Made by a program: the position numbers and the translations under genes. DNA of 64,000 nt from Tubiluchus corallicola (taxonomy: Eukaryota; Animalia; Priapulida), in the NCBI GenBank assembly GCA_030141605.1, contig JAQGDQ010000266.1, positions 124,001-188,000 of the forward strand, given 5' to 3'. Position 1 is the first letter of the stretch; each line of letters begins with the position of its first letter. This document shows positions 41,418 through 54,428 of the stretch, piece by piece. The notes beneath the pieces were generated by a model. It saw nothing but the letters and a program-made list of their open reading frames with translations, did no database searches and was not told where the DNA came from.

Positions 41418-42065
41418 TTCGTAAAGAAAAGTAAATGTTTTCCGGTTTACTGTTTCTGTGTAGAACCGGCTTTCGCATCAGATGGATAAAAGTTACTGTT
41501 ATGTCGATTGCGCTAAGCTTTGGGTTGTTGGACATGTCCAGGTTAGCCTTCTCAAGTCTCTCACAGTCGAGAATGCTGATCTGCTCCAAGTTTCTCATCT
41601 CTGAAAACGCCTTTGCTTCGATGATTTGGAGATTTTTCATGCTCCACAGGCTGATGGTACTGTGCACATCAGCATGGAGGTCACCTTCCCGGAGCTGCTC
41701 CAAACTGGACTTGCTTATCGCCAGCTCTTTTTTGATGGTTTTTCCAGCTAGGGTCATTGCTGGAAGGTGATACTCCTTGAAGTTGAACAAGTGCAGCACG
41801 TCAATTTCATCTGGAATGGTGGCCTCGATTATTTCTAGATGGACAGAATAGAGGTTTATTCTCCTACCACAGTACATTTCACAGTTTGCAAAGTCTTCGT
41901 AGTCGCAGATATCAAGTCTCCTCCCGCACGCTCTGATGGGTGGCTCGGTTGTGACAGGAGGAGTGTAGCAATCAGCCAATTCTTCATCGGTACAGTTTGT
42001 TTCAGATATGAGCCATTGATGAGCCTTAGTCCAACCTAATCGACAGTCGCATACCAGATTGTCAC
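41418..42065 (-). CDS. LRR gene B, exon 2 (short LRRCT + Pro/Thr linker + second N-cap and LRR module); symmetric phase 1-1 exon of 648 nt
   Basis: ccactag acceptor; GDNLVCDCRLGW...; ACGRRLDICx7CEMYCG cap; LQIIEAKAFSEMRNLEQISI; donor A|gtatgt. Confidence 0.8.
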
Positions 42066-43522
42066 CTAGTGGCAAGAATTAACAATAAAAATTGATCAGT
42101 CGATTTTAAAACATGAATCTATAGCTCAGAACGGGTTAAGGGGGAATGCGTTATTAACGTCAATCCCTCGTCATCAGCATGTTAATTTTTCACTTGAAAT
42201 TCACTCAGGTGACATTGATTATAGTCGTCGAAAAGTGCTCCAGTATCTCGAAACATGGTTTCTGTTTACATTGTACTGTACTGTATGTGTGTATGAGTAG
42301 CCTGTAGGCCGTATTATCCGGAGTTCTGCCTAATTAACTGTCATTAGGCCATTTACTTATTCAATATAAATAGGCTTCTTATCACATTTACATATTTACA
42401 GATTATATAGATATATAATATATAATATATATTCTCGCTATTGCTAGTCTGAACATATTAAAAAATGTTGCTTATTTTACTGTACATAATAACAATATTT
42501 CTTCTGATCACTGTATGATGACATTTAGTCTAATTGGGTTAAATTATCTTAAGACACGTAAAATAGAAAGTAAGTTACGTCATTACGAGCTGCGGTTAAT
42601 AGATAAAAAGGAATCAAAATGAATTTTTGATATGCTGTGTAGTTAACCTGTCCAATAAAGTTTAGCGAATTCCCATCCCCTAGGGATTATGCTAAAACCA
42701 GGGTTCCATGGAGCCGCGACTTTTTGCGACGACCGAATGGCGCCAAAAAATTCTCTCGTCTGTTTTGTGGCAAATCGTTTGTGCAAAGCTCTGAATAGTT
42801 TCGCAGGATTTTTGCCACATTTTTGCAAATTTGATGTAATAAACGGTGTCGGCCAAGGAGTCGATTGATGCATAGACTACCTGATCAACAACTTATCCAA
42901 CCTAAAATCTGCTACATGCAAATTGAGCTTACAACTCATCTTTATTGTAACTCATCTTTTATATGTTGTTCACTTGTATGTATTATTAGTTCCTGCTTTA
43001 CGAGCGCGACTGCAAAATATTTTAAATATTTGTTCAAACTATGCTAATAATGGTGGCTTGATTTTTTTAATCAGTCTAAAACGTATTGCAAATATTTTAT
43101 GCCGAATAAGATGCGACATATTGCGCAAGGCTGCCTAACTCTTGATTTGTATTAACCCACAGAAACCTAATGATCTTTCTAGGATATATGCAAAAAAATA
43201 GTAGAAAGCATTTAAAATAGCGTCATTGTGAGTACGGTTTAAGAAGACGAATCACTGAATCCACGAATCCCGATGTAAGTCATATCCACTAACGCACGAT
43301 TTTCTCCATTATACTCTTACAATGCCAATTATTTTAAAAAACAGTTTACAAAACGAAAATGTATTTTTTTAATTATAATCAGGCAAAACAACAACCTATT
43401 TGTTGCATTTCAATGGATCACGGAACCTGTCTTTCATTTGACCCAAATTTATTATTAGCAATACCAAAAGCTCATTATTAAGTGATAACAAAAGAAATAG
43501 TTGGTCAAAAATGTCAGTGCCC

Positions 43523-43622
43523 CTATTGTCTGCCTATTGTCTGGCTGTTGTCTGGCTATTGTCTGGCTATTGTTTGGCTATTGTCTGGCTATTGTTTGGC
43601 TATTGTTTGGCTATTGTCTGAT
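43523..43622. repeat. 11-bp tandem repeat (ctattgtctgg)
   Basis: Direct reading. Confidence 0.9.
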
Positions 43623-44479
43623 TAACATGTTTTTATAATTGGTTTGACTTGCATGGAATGTTTATAAAATATTTAGCACCCATGTTCCTTCCAAAAGGCT
43701 CGAAATTTTTCGCTAAAAGGCCGCAAGCCTTCTTGAAAAATTGTTTTTTAACTAGTGTACGTAAAAAGAGTCTTTTGAGTAAATTCACTTCGAATATTCT
43801 GATTTTAGCATCAGTTTTCGTTATGACATGAACCCATAATCCAAGATGGTCGCTCATTGGTCAAGCAGTTTTGAATGAAAAAGAAGCATATAGCATTTGC
43901 ATCTTAATATAGAGTGTAAGGAATAAAAACTAATAATATTAGTAAATCCCAGCTTTATTAATTTTCTGATTACTAAATTTGCATTGGTTTAGTTAATTAG
44001 TATTAGTAAATTATGTCTTTAGGGTTGTTTCCTATATCTATCCGATATAAAACCGCTCTTACTATAGGCTAATTGGGGAACAGATATCTAGGAAATTAAC
44101 TGTGAAACAAGTGCAGAAATTTTACACACCTTTTACTGCAAAATTTGGGATTAGATATAGACATGCTTGCTTGTAAAGATACGCTATGTTATGTGATAGC
44201 CCTAGTCATAAACAATCCATATGTGACATATATAGCAATATGAGCAAAATATACGATGCTGCTACTGAGTGTATACCTGGCCATAATTTGGGAGAAAGAC
44301 AAAAGCGGAATTACAAGGTTGGATATACAAGGCAAAAGAAAAACACATAGAGGCTATATTTTTTATTTTTGGATAAGTCAAGGGAAGGATGAAACCTAAG
44401 TACATCAGCACTTTATAAAATAGTACAAATTACATCTGTGTCATTTTATCTTTATTGTTCGGTACCATACTCTCGCAGG

Positions 44480-44930
44480 GATTTATCTTCATAAAATTTA
44501 TGCAGTCTATAAAGTCCACTGTGCTTAAAAACTATCATATTAGCTTAAATTAATCTAACAATTATAGGCCAATTGCAATTAGTTCAGTATTTAGCGAAAT
44601 TCTTGAGCATATAATTTTGATGAGATACTCTCATTATTTGGACATTACCGATAGCCAGTTTTGCTTTACTCGCAGCTTAGGTACTGACATATGCATATAT
44701 GTGCTCAAAGAAATTGTTGATTTTTACAATTGGAGTAATTGCATGTTTTACAGTTTTCACGTTAGTAATGATATCAGACAGCATGAAGTTCTTTCATCTT
44801 AGCTATTTAATTTTTACTTTAAAGAACGTAGCCTTAAAACTAAATCAGCTGAAGGTGCGATGCAGTATTTGTAACAGTCTTGCACAATCTAATGTTTACT
44901 GACGATGTCTGTCTTCTGGCCAATACAATA
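44480..44930 (+). mobile_element. Highly degenerate LINE RT fragment with internal deletion
   Basis: NYRPIAISSVFSEILE, SQFCFTRSLGTDICIYVLKEIVDFY, relic GVRQGxxLSP and YADD motifs. Confidence 0.7.
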
Positions 44931-45539
44931 CCTGAGACGAGCCAAATTTTTGCCTATGAATCTAACGTAGTAACAAATGTTCAAAAAAGTAAATTATTTA
45001 GCATCAGTATTGTGACGTGACGATGTCAGTGTTTTGACATTAGTTAGTGCTGTAACGATGACAGTAAGCAAATTCTTAATAAAAGTGATAACCAGCCAGG
45101 TCAGGATCTTGTTAAGCGCAAAGTGCTGACATAGACGGAATCTCAGTCATATTCAACATATAAGGCACTAACAGAAACCAGAGCATTTTCATTATTGTTA
45201 GAAAGAGGTTGTAAAGCTTTTAAACACAGGTTAAGTTTAATTGAGGATGAGAAGTGTAAATTTGGCAATCCAAACATCAGAACATTCAATTATCGTAGAT
45301 GCAACTAGTTATAGAAATATAAGAAATACATGCAGTGTACAAACAACGCGACAAAAATGTATAAAAACTGTACTTAAAAATTTTACGTCACTTGGTAAGA
45401 AATAAACTAATTAATACGTAATTAAAATAGCTATCAAATATAATATGGACTAGTTTAGTTACTTATTAGTAATGTTTCTAATAATAATTCTAATTAAATC
45501 TGCTATGCGCTAGTGCAGATAAACTTCAATTATCTATTC

Positions 45540-45591
<52 letters not shown>

Positions 45592-45843
45592 GAACTGCTG
45601 ATATAGTTGTAATTGCAACTGTAATAATTATTGTACATAATAGTGAGCAATTCATATGTTTATAAATTGCATACTTTTGCCCTGCAGTTAAGGGGTGAAT
45701 GCATGCAACAACGAAGAACGCGAAATTGCGTTTGTGTGGTAATAATTCTTTTACGTAAGTCATTTTTGAAAAAATAGTATGTTTCCATTCAATATTTTAA
45801 TGAGTAGATTGTTTTGACCTACAGTTTACGATTGGATCCGGTT

Positions 45844-46130
45844 TTACTTTACAGAATTAAGAAGCTGTTTATATTCGTAAGCTCCAATTATTGGCAATAT
45901 TTTGACACCCATGACATCAGGGAAGTGAGCCTTCCTAGCGTTAATCTTACGAATTGTCCTCCAAAATGAAAAATAATCTTTTTGTGCTAAGTTATCAGCA
46001 AGGGCTTCTGCCAAAATATTTCCTTTATGGCGGTTACAATAACGTAGGGTATACTTAAAGCGGCGTCTCACACATCTCATTACATCAAAAAATAACACCC
46101 ATACAGGGTTTATTTACGCTAACCCATCGC
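45844..46130 (-). mobile_element. LINE ORF2 linker-region fragment
   Basis: MRCVRRRFKYTLRYC...ALADNLAQKDYFSFWRTIRKIN resembles the region preceding RT in L2/CR1-group ORF2. Confidence 0.5.
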
Positions 46131-46506
46131 AAAAAATGCAAATTAATATGTTTTTTGGTTGTGTTTTAATGTAAATGTCAACTAATAATTTATTATCGTG
46201 CAAGTATAATTGTAATTGAGTGCTTGTAATCGTGTGCTTGTACGCATGTGTTGTGTGCAGCACATTTATTCGTTATTTTTAGTTATTAGCTTTTAACTAT
46301 CGCAGTTTCATTTCACTGATTTTATGTATTGTATGCTGTATAGACTTTTTTGTCTAAAATAAAATTACAACCAATTTATCTATCAATCGCTTCTCCGGTA
46401 AATTACCCTCTACAGTCCATTAAACTTGAAATGATTCCAATTGAATTGTGAGAGACAAGTGTCTCTCGTACGAGAATTACTAGGCCTGGCACGTTTGTTT
46501 GCTTAC

Positions 46507-47185
46507 CTGTTAGCCTTAATGCAATGTACGCAGTATTTACATCTGGATGGAGGACGGGCATTGTCATAGATGTCAAACCTACATTTGTAAATTCAATGAC
46601 ACTTATGTTTCGAGTAAAAGAGAGGTCGAGGTCAGCTTTTTCAAGCTCTGTAGAGCCTATTATACTCAAAGTAGATAGTTCTTTCATCTTTCGAAACGCG
46701 TGTGTGTCTATTTTCTTCAGGGAAGTAACATTTATGATTTCCAGTTCAACAACATCTCCATATATCGCATCAGGCCCAATCATTTCCAGCTCTATATCAC
46801 TAGTGTTTCTTGCTCGCATGTGAAAATTGAACACGTGCTTTTTGTCCAAAAATCGGTGGGGCAAAACTTTGCCCTGATAATGACTGATCGTCATGTCAGT
46901 GGTGTTTTTTAGTATCCTTCCGCTAACGTCGTCAAGCAGTTCCTCGTCGAGCGTCCACTGTTCACTGCATACTGCCATGCAGGTGGGTGGGTATTCCAGG
47001 CGATGATTGGCTTTGACCGGGTAATGGCAGTTGTACATTTCTAAAGTAGTGCATTGCGACCACCTATAGTACAGATAGTGGTCTCCTACCTTCACTTCTA
47101 ATTCATCAAACCTGCCAGTACCGCCGCGTGCGATTTTACAAAAAATAACCACCAGATGAAGCATGCATAAAAATATGTGCTTCAT
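46507..47185 (-). CDS. LRR cell-surface protein gene B, exon 1 (signal peptide, N-cap, LRR module 1)
   Basis: ATG of MKHIFLCMLHLVVIFCKIARG; LRRs such as SLKKIDTHAFRKMKELSTLSII; LEKADLDL shared with gene A; donor G|gtaagc, phase 1. Confidence 0.85.
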
Positions 47186-48189
47186 ATTCGAATAGTTACG
47201 ATCCACCAAAAAGTTGGTAGGTTTTCAGTTTTTTGCAGCACAATCAGCCCGGTAGCGCCAACGGAAGCGTTAGGCTTTTTTCAAAGAAAACTGTTGCCAT
47301 GGACAGATGACATCATAATTCTATGTTGTAAGTGCTGTGATAACTAAATGGACGTAACCAAATTTCGTATATTAAACCATTTGTCACGAAAACTACTGTA
47401 AACTGACATAATTACGCCATAATACTTAGACAGATTCTACTAAAAAGATTTTTCTTCCAGTATTTCAGTTCTTTCAGTTGTACATTTTTTGTACTAAATC
47501 GGCAGGTAAATAACTTGATCGGTAGACGGGACTTGTTATGTATGCTTTCTAAATAGATCGGGTATTCGTATGGAATTGTAAGCAATATTAAAGGTACGTA
47601 GGCAGGTAAAAAGAAGGGCAGAGAAGCGGGTAGATATTCAGGTTGGAAAAAACTACACATGTACATTAGTAGCAGGATAGACGTGCATCTAACTGAGAAT
47701 AGCTTTCCTGGAATATTGCAGAGAAGACCTAATCTTCTTATCTTGAAGACTAATCGTGATATGGTATGGGGTCAAACGTCTTATCAAAATCTATGGAAAA
47801 TGACGTCTGTCAGGATCCATTATGTAATTCCATGAGTATAATTATAGTTGCAACTTTGGCCACTAGGTGACTCTAATACGTCATTTTCAGCTAAACGTGC
47901 AAGGAAGCCATTGAATGCTAGGGACTGATCATAGGTTGCTTGTAGCTAATTGTAGTTTACGGCAATTTCGGCAGTTTTTTGTAGAATAATTGTCCGTTTA
48001 AATTAGAGACAATTACTATCTAATTAATTTAATAATGAGATGTCAGAATCTGGCACCTTGTGGCCGACTTCGCAAACCAATTCCTGAAAATAGTAGATCC
48101 TCTTCCCGCTTGACGCCGACCATGTACTCGGCTTTACTAATTTATACTAATAAATTAGTTCTTTTTTCTGGCTTAAAATTAATAAAATT

Positions 48190-49283
48190 TTGTTTATGAA
48201 AACCAATATAAAATTGGCTTTGGAAATGCGATAACCAAGAGGTTATGCTAGATGCGAGCACATGTCTAGGTTTAAACTGAAGCATATCGCTACAGCAGCG
48301 GCCGACCAGCTTGTGGCACCTGGCAATTGTTAGTAAATATAGTTTGTACTAGCGAGAAAAGAAGTTTATAAGAAATGTGAAACAGGAACAGTTAGGCAGG
48401 TCACTAAGAGTAGGATAGCGAGAAAAAACAGTTTGGATAAAGATGGTCATGGGAGTGGGTTTTATATATTATATTATATTTTTAGCTTTTTGAGAGGTGA
48501 TTGAGTTAAAATTTAGGCACGATAGTAATCAATAATTATCAGATAGCTTGAGCTAATGTAGAGAAGAGAATTTTTGTTATTTTCATATGTACATATAGTT
48601 ATAATATTTTTTAAATGAACTTTTATATTTATATATTATTAATAAGATTATCAGGATTATTAATACTCATAACCTCTTAGTAAATTAAAATTTTTCATAA
48701 GTTATTAGTGAAAATTTTTTATTTTTATTTTGATATTTTGAAATTGTAAAGAGAGAAGAAAGTAGAGTTGGTTGTAGGTTATAGTATGTTAGTGAGCAGA
48801 AAGGAGTAAGATCAGCAAAACCTTAGATGACAGGGGTGTGCACCATATTTGTTTGTTTATGAAAACCAATATAAAATTGGCCCTGGAAATGTGAATACCA
48901 AGAGGTTATGCTAGATGCGAGCACATGTCTAGGTTTAAACTGAAGCATTTCGCTACTGCAGTGGCCGACCAACTAGTGGCACCTGGCAATTGTTAGTAAA
49001 TATAGTTTGTACTAGCGAGAACAGAAGTTTATAAGAAATGTGAAACAGGAAAAGTTAGGCAGGTCAGTAAGAGTAGGATAGCGAGAAAAAAACAGTTTGG
49101 ATAAAGATGGTCATGGGAGTGGGTTTTACATATTATATTATATTTTTTAGCTTTTTGAGAGGTGATTAAGTTAAAATTTAGGTACGATAGTAATCAATAA
49201 TTATCAAATAGCTTGAGCTAATGTGGAGAGGAGAATTTTTGTTATTTTCATATGTACATATAGTTATAATATTTTTCAATGAA
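48190..49283. repeat. Two direct repeats of about 430 bp (48190-48619, 48853-49283) separated by about 235 bp
   Basis: tgtttatgaaaaccaatataaaattggc...gttataatattttt in both copies, offset about 663 bp. Confidence 0.9.
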
Positions 49284-49544
49284 TACGTTATGAAAGGAGT
49301 GAGGATAACGAAAAGACAAATACAATTACAGATTTTTGGAGTCATCAGGAGGTAACTTGGAAGTCGAGTTTCGGCTGCTCAACCCCAACTCTTAGTCTTC
49401 ACAAGTGCAGCCGACCATACGTTGTTAAAGCTGAGCTCTGCAACTGTACGGCCCTCCGTATTACATAAATACACACATATATATACGAACACAGGGATTT
49501 CTTAAAACGGTTTTGTTATTTTTATAAGTAAGTTGTATTGCTTA

Positions 49545-51883
49545 GCTCTAAGTGAGTTCTGATTAGGTGTGTCAGGATTTCTGTCGATCTTAACAGGTTA
49601 TATGCCTACAGACTTGATGTAGATGTTTTTGGTTGCGTATAGATACCGTATTGCCAAACGGCTGAGTTTTCCTACCAGATGCTTGAGTTTGTGCACTGAT
49701 GTCTTCAAAGAAGCTAATTGTGGCTTTCTGTGTATTTCCCTATTCATATGCTTAACATTGCCTGTAGACGTCTTCTGCCAGATACTTGAGATTGACAATA
49801 GAATTTCCTATGTCCAAATACTTGGTATTACTCTAGATGAGTTTTGACTAGATTTTTCTGCCTACATGTCTGATATTGCTCTAAGTGAGTTCTGACTAGA
49901 TATTTCGGGTTGTTTGTATATGTTTGGGACTGCTTTAAATGAGTTCTGGTTAGGTGCTGCAGTTCATCTATATATCTTAATAAATTAATAGAATTGGATG
50001 TGGACGCCTTCTAACTAGATATGTGAGGTGTTCTCTCATTGTATAACGTTGCCTTTACAGGTCGTCTGGTTAGGTATCTGAGATTCTAAATAGATTTCAT
50101 TAGTCTAGATGCTAGAGATTACTCTAAGTGCATTGTGACTAAACGTTTTTCAGGATGCCGGTATATCTTAACAGATTATTGGGTTTTGAGGTAAGTGCCT
50201 TCAGACATGTTTTTTTTAGATTGCATATAGATGCCGTCTTACCAAACCGTTGAATCTTCCTACCAGATGCCTGAGTTTAGGTGTTCGTGTCTTCTAACAA
50301 GCTAATTGAGGCTTTCTGTGTACTTCCCTGTTCAGATGCTTAACGTTGCCTGTAGAAGCCTTCTGCTTTGTACTCTTGAAGGGCAGTATATTACCTCTGT
50401 CCAAATACTTGATTTTGCTCTAGATTAGTTTTGACTAGATGTCTCCTGCCTACACGTTTGATATTGCTCTAAGTGAGGTCTGATTAGATGTTTCGGGGTG
50501 TTTGTAGATGTTTGGGACTTGTCTAAATGAGTTCTGGTTAGGTGCTGCATTTTTGTCTATATATCTCAATGGATGAATAGATGTCAAATGTTTCAGGCAG
50601 CTCTAAGTGAGTTCTGATTAGGTGTGTCAGGATTTCTGTCGATCTTAGCAGGTTATATGCCTACAGACTTGATGTAGATGTTTTTGGTTGCGTATAGATA
50701 CCGTATTGCCAAACGGCTGAGTTTTCCTACCAGATGCTTGAGTTTGTGCACTGATGTCTTCAAAGAAGCTAATTGTGGCTTTCTGTGTATTTCCCTATTC
50801 ATATGCTTAACATTGCCTGTAGACGTCTTCTGCCAGATACTTGAGATTGACAATAGAATTTCCTGTGTCCAAATACTTGGTATTACTCTAGCTGGGTTTT
50901 GACTAGATGTTTCTGCCTACGTGTCTGATATTGCTCTAAGTGACTTCTGACTAGCTGTTTCGGGTTGTTTGTAGATGTTTGGGACTGCTCTAAATGAGTT
51001 TTGACAAGATGTTTCTGCCTACATGTCTGATTGCTCTAAGTGAGCTCTGACTAGATATTTCGGGTTGTTTGTAGATGTTAGGGACTACTCTAAATGAGTT
51101 TTGACTAGGTGCTGCAGTTCATCCATATATCTTAATAAATTAATAGAATTGGATGTGGATGCCTTCTAACTAGATATGTGAGGTGTTCTCTCATTGTATA
51201 ACGTTGCCTGTATAGGTCGTCTGGTTAGGTATCTGAGATTCTTAATACATTTCATCAGTCTAGATGCTAGAGATTACTTTAAGTGCGAAGTGACTAGATG
51301 TTTCAGGATGCCGGTATATCTTAATAGATTTTTGTGTTCTGAGGTAAGTGCCTTCAGACATGATGTATTAGTAGACCATTTAGATTGCATATAGATACCG
51401 TATTGCCAAACGGCTGAGTTTTCCTACCAGATGCTTGAGTTTGTGCACTGATGTCTTCAAAGAAGCTAATTGTGGCTTTCTGTGTATTTCCCTATTCATA
51501 TGCTTAACATTGCCTGTAGACGTCTTCTGCCAGATATTTGAGATTAACAATAGAATTTCCTCTGTCCAAACACTTGGTATTACGCTAGATGAGTTTTGAC
51601 TAGATTTTTCTGCCTACATGTCTGATATTGCTCTAAGTGAGTTCTGACTAGATATTTCGGGTTGTTTGTATATGTTTGGGACTGCTTTAAATGAGTTCTG
51701 ATTAGATGTTTCGGGTTGTTTGTAGCTGTTTGGGACTGCTTTAAATGAGTTCTGGTTAGGTGCTGCAGTTCATCTATATATGTTAATAAATTAATAGAAT
51801 TGGATGTGGACGCCTTCTAACTAGATATGTGAGGTGTTCTCTCATTGTATAACGTTGCCTTTACAGGTCGTCTGGTTAGGTAT
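49545..51883. repeat. Complex higher-order satellite
   Basis: Identical ORFs at a 1055-bp offset (49598 and 50653); diverged subunits of about 0.5-0.7 kb built from short ctctaagtgagttctgactagat motifs. Confidence 0.9.
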
Positions 51884-52208
51884 ACTGATATATTGCTAAG
51901 TTTCCAATGCGATTTGGTAAATATTCATAAAAAGATTCGAGATTAAATGCATGAAGGTCATCATTACGGCCACAATAGTAACTACAGGGATCTTTCCCCC
52001 TCGGCAGTACATTTTGGAGGTAATAAACCGCAATTTTCTGTTTGAATTTGACTGTTGGCTATCGTGAACAAATTGATCATGGTAAATAATCCCGCCGTCG
52101 TAATATAAATTATATATATTTTGCTTCCACGAGTAAATCCAACGTTTTTTAGGAATTTCTTGAATTTTCTCAGATCGCAACACTTTTTTCGTAAGTTTTG
52201 TCATTCAT
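51882..52208 (-). pseudogene. Truncated pseudogene copy (C') of LRR gene C exon 1
   Basis: Near-identical to 54105-54428 at an offset of about 2.2 kb. TGA at codon 13 plus an indel; the LRR region is cut off by the satellite. The upstream flank (52209-52768) also duplicates 54429-54997. Confidence 0.88.
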
Positions 52209-52922
52209 ACTTATAAGCTTAAACGTTGCAGAAATCTTTGAACCATCAAACAGGAGAGAAAATATTCCACACGTTCTACATTGTTTTAGAAGAAACGCGG
52301 CACTAAGAAAAATACCTATGTTTATTTAATGAACACAAGATGCATTCTAATAACTTTTCTAATATTTTGTATATGTGTAAAATAACTAGTGTTTTGCAGA
52401 AAGCTTCATAAGAGAAAGTAAGCTCACAGAATAAAAAAAGTTCAAATTCCAAGATCACATTCAAAATTCCTAGAACTGAAACAATGACTTCACGATGAGT
52501 GTTGGTACAGAAGCTTCCTAACATCTAATCAAGGCAATATATTATATTACAAGTTTTGTTTAGGTCGTTTAGTATTTTATAAAATGTTGCTGATTATTAA
52601 AATGTATTCATACAGGTAGTAAGTAACTGTAATCGAAAACTTATAAATGATATGGTTCAATGTTCTCATTCTGAAATCAAATAAAATGCTATAGTGGTGC
52701 AGGTAGTTTCTTCCCAAGGAGTGATCGATTTGACGCAAAGAGTTCTAGGGCAGTTTTTGAAAGTCTAATGTTATTATTATTATTATCATCATCGTCATCT
52801 TTGAGATTTGTAATAGATAAAAAATTATTAAATTAATAACAGCATTTATTGTTACTATTAAAATGTAAGAATATATTTTGATGATAAAGAGAAAAGAAAA
52901 GGAAATGTTTTACACTAAATGA

Positions 52923-53146
52923 TCAACAAAATATGTAAACAATTAGTACGAGAAAAACAGAGATAAAGAGAGTGTTGTAAAAAATTGTAAATCCGTTATC
53001 AAGGATTGGTGGGTCGCAACCAAACTCTGGTTCTTGAATTGGATTTTCAGCATGTTTTCTATCTGGATCAGCACAGTCAATGACACTTTCCTCCCATTTA
53101 ATGCTTTTCGTCCAGGCCATTGTACAATTACAAGTTAAATTGTTAG
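52923..53146 (-). CDS. LRR gene C, exon 2 (LRRCT + hydrophobic tail); spliced product 304 aa
   Basis: gttttag acceptor; ANNLTCNCTMAW...DCADPDRKH...FGC; tail TLFISVFLVLIVYIFC*; AATAAA on the minus strand near 52845. Confidence 0.87.
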
Positions 53147-53737
53147 CTAAAACGCAAAAAAATAAAATTTAGTGCGACTATCACAAATGGAAAAAGAAAA
53201 ATGTAAACTCACTTTACTTTGAATAATAATTTAACAGAAGCCAAATAGGTAACGAACTAGCAGACCTGTAGAAAAGAAACGGATACAGTAACAAATAGCT
53301 GAAGTCGCAGCACAAAAGTGGTATATTTTATTAAAGCTATAAGGTGCAGAATGATTTGTACTACCACTGGCAACAGTTTTTTCACTACGATAATTAACTA
53401 TGTTAAAACTGGGACCTGAGCATCCAGATTACACATTATTCACCACAAGTGACAGCCAAATAACTATAACAACAACCAGTAAAAGGGGTTCACAAAACTT
53501 GCTCAGTTCATTGGTCCAGAGCAGTACTTAATGTTCTGCTTGTCCAAAGCTTGTAAAATAAATATGTATAAACTAGTAACGTTCTGTTCAATTGCACGAC
53601 TTCTGTAATTTTAATCACAATTCTTTCCATTAAAATTTAACGTTTTTTACGTATTCAAGTAACTCGGTGTTCACGCATTTAATTGTAACTTTTCAACAAA
53701 TTGAAAGTTTACACTTCTGAAATACATTTGCACTTAC

Positions 53738-54428
53738 CCAGAAGAACCAGTTTAATGTCTGCAGGTTTGGTTGCATCGCTATCATTAGACAGCAAAGGCA
53801 TTGGCATGGTTGTCACTCCAGTTTCTTCAATAAAAATTCTGTTTATTTTCTTGTTTTTGGACAAATTCAATTGCAAATATTTCAAAATTTTTGCTTTTTT
53901 TATGTTTATAGACTCCAAGTCCGCCAACAGTTCAAATGCTTCAGGATGCACAAAAAACAGACTGTTGCACTTTGTGAACCAAATTTGTTTAAGAGCTTTC
54001 ATTGCCAAGCATCCATCGTCTAGTGCTGTTATCTTGCTGGCAACTATTTCCAGACTCTCGACCTCCTTATCTTCGAGAAACTTTACTGGTAATTCTTCAT
54101 CCTGATACTGATATATTGCTAAGTTTCCAATGCGATCTGGTGACAACTGATCAAATAATTCAAGATTTAACGCGTTAAGTTCATCATTACGGCCACAGCG
54201 GTAACTACACGGATCAGCCCCCTCGGCAGTACATTCTGGAGGTAATAAACCGCAATTTTCTGTTGGAATTTGACTGTTGGCTATCGTGAACAAATTGAAA
54301 ATGGTAAATAATCCCGCAGACGTAATACAAATTATATATATTTTGCTTCCACGAGTAAATCCAACGTTTTTTAAGAATTTCTTGAATTCTGAGTTCGCAA
54401 CGTTTTTTTCGTAAGTTTTGTCATTCAT
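53738..54428 (-). CDS. LRR cell-surface protein gene C, exon 1
   Basis: ATG; hydrophobic segment ending ANS|Q; CGLLPPECx7CSYRCG cap; LRRs (e.g. SLFFVHPEAFELLADLESINIK); donor G|gtaagt, phase 1. Confidence 0.87.

Noticed and set aside
47857-47873. CTCF-like gccactaggtgac, also matching the gene B exon 2 acceptor in reverse
   Set aside because: A single short match that cannot be separated from chance without ChIP data.
49283-49467. W..W.SS..C..P....H...C spacing resembling the family LRRCT
   Set aside because: Lacks the CxC motif and a hydrophobic tail, and is on the wrong strand for C'; probably chance or an LTR relic.
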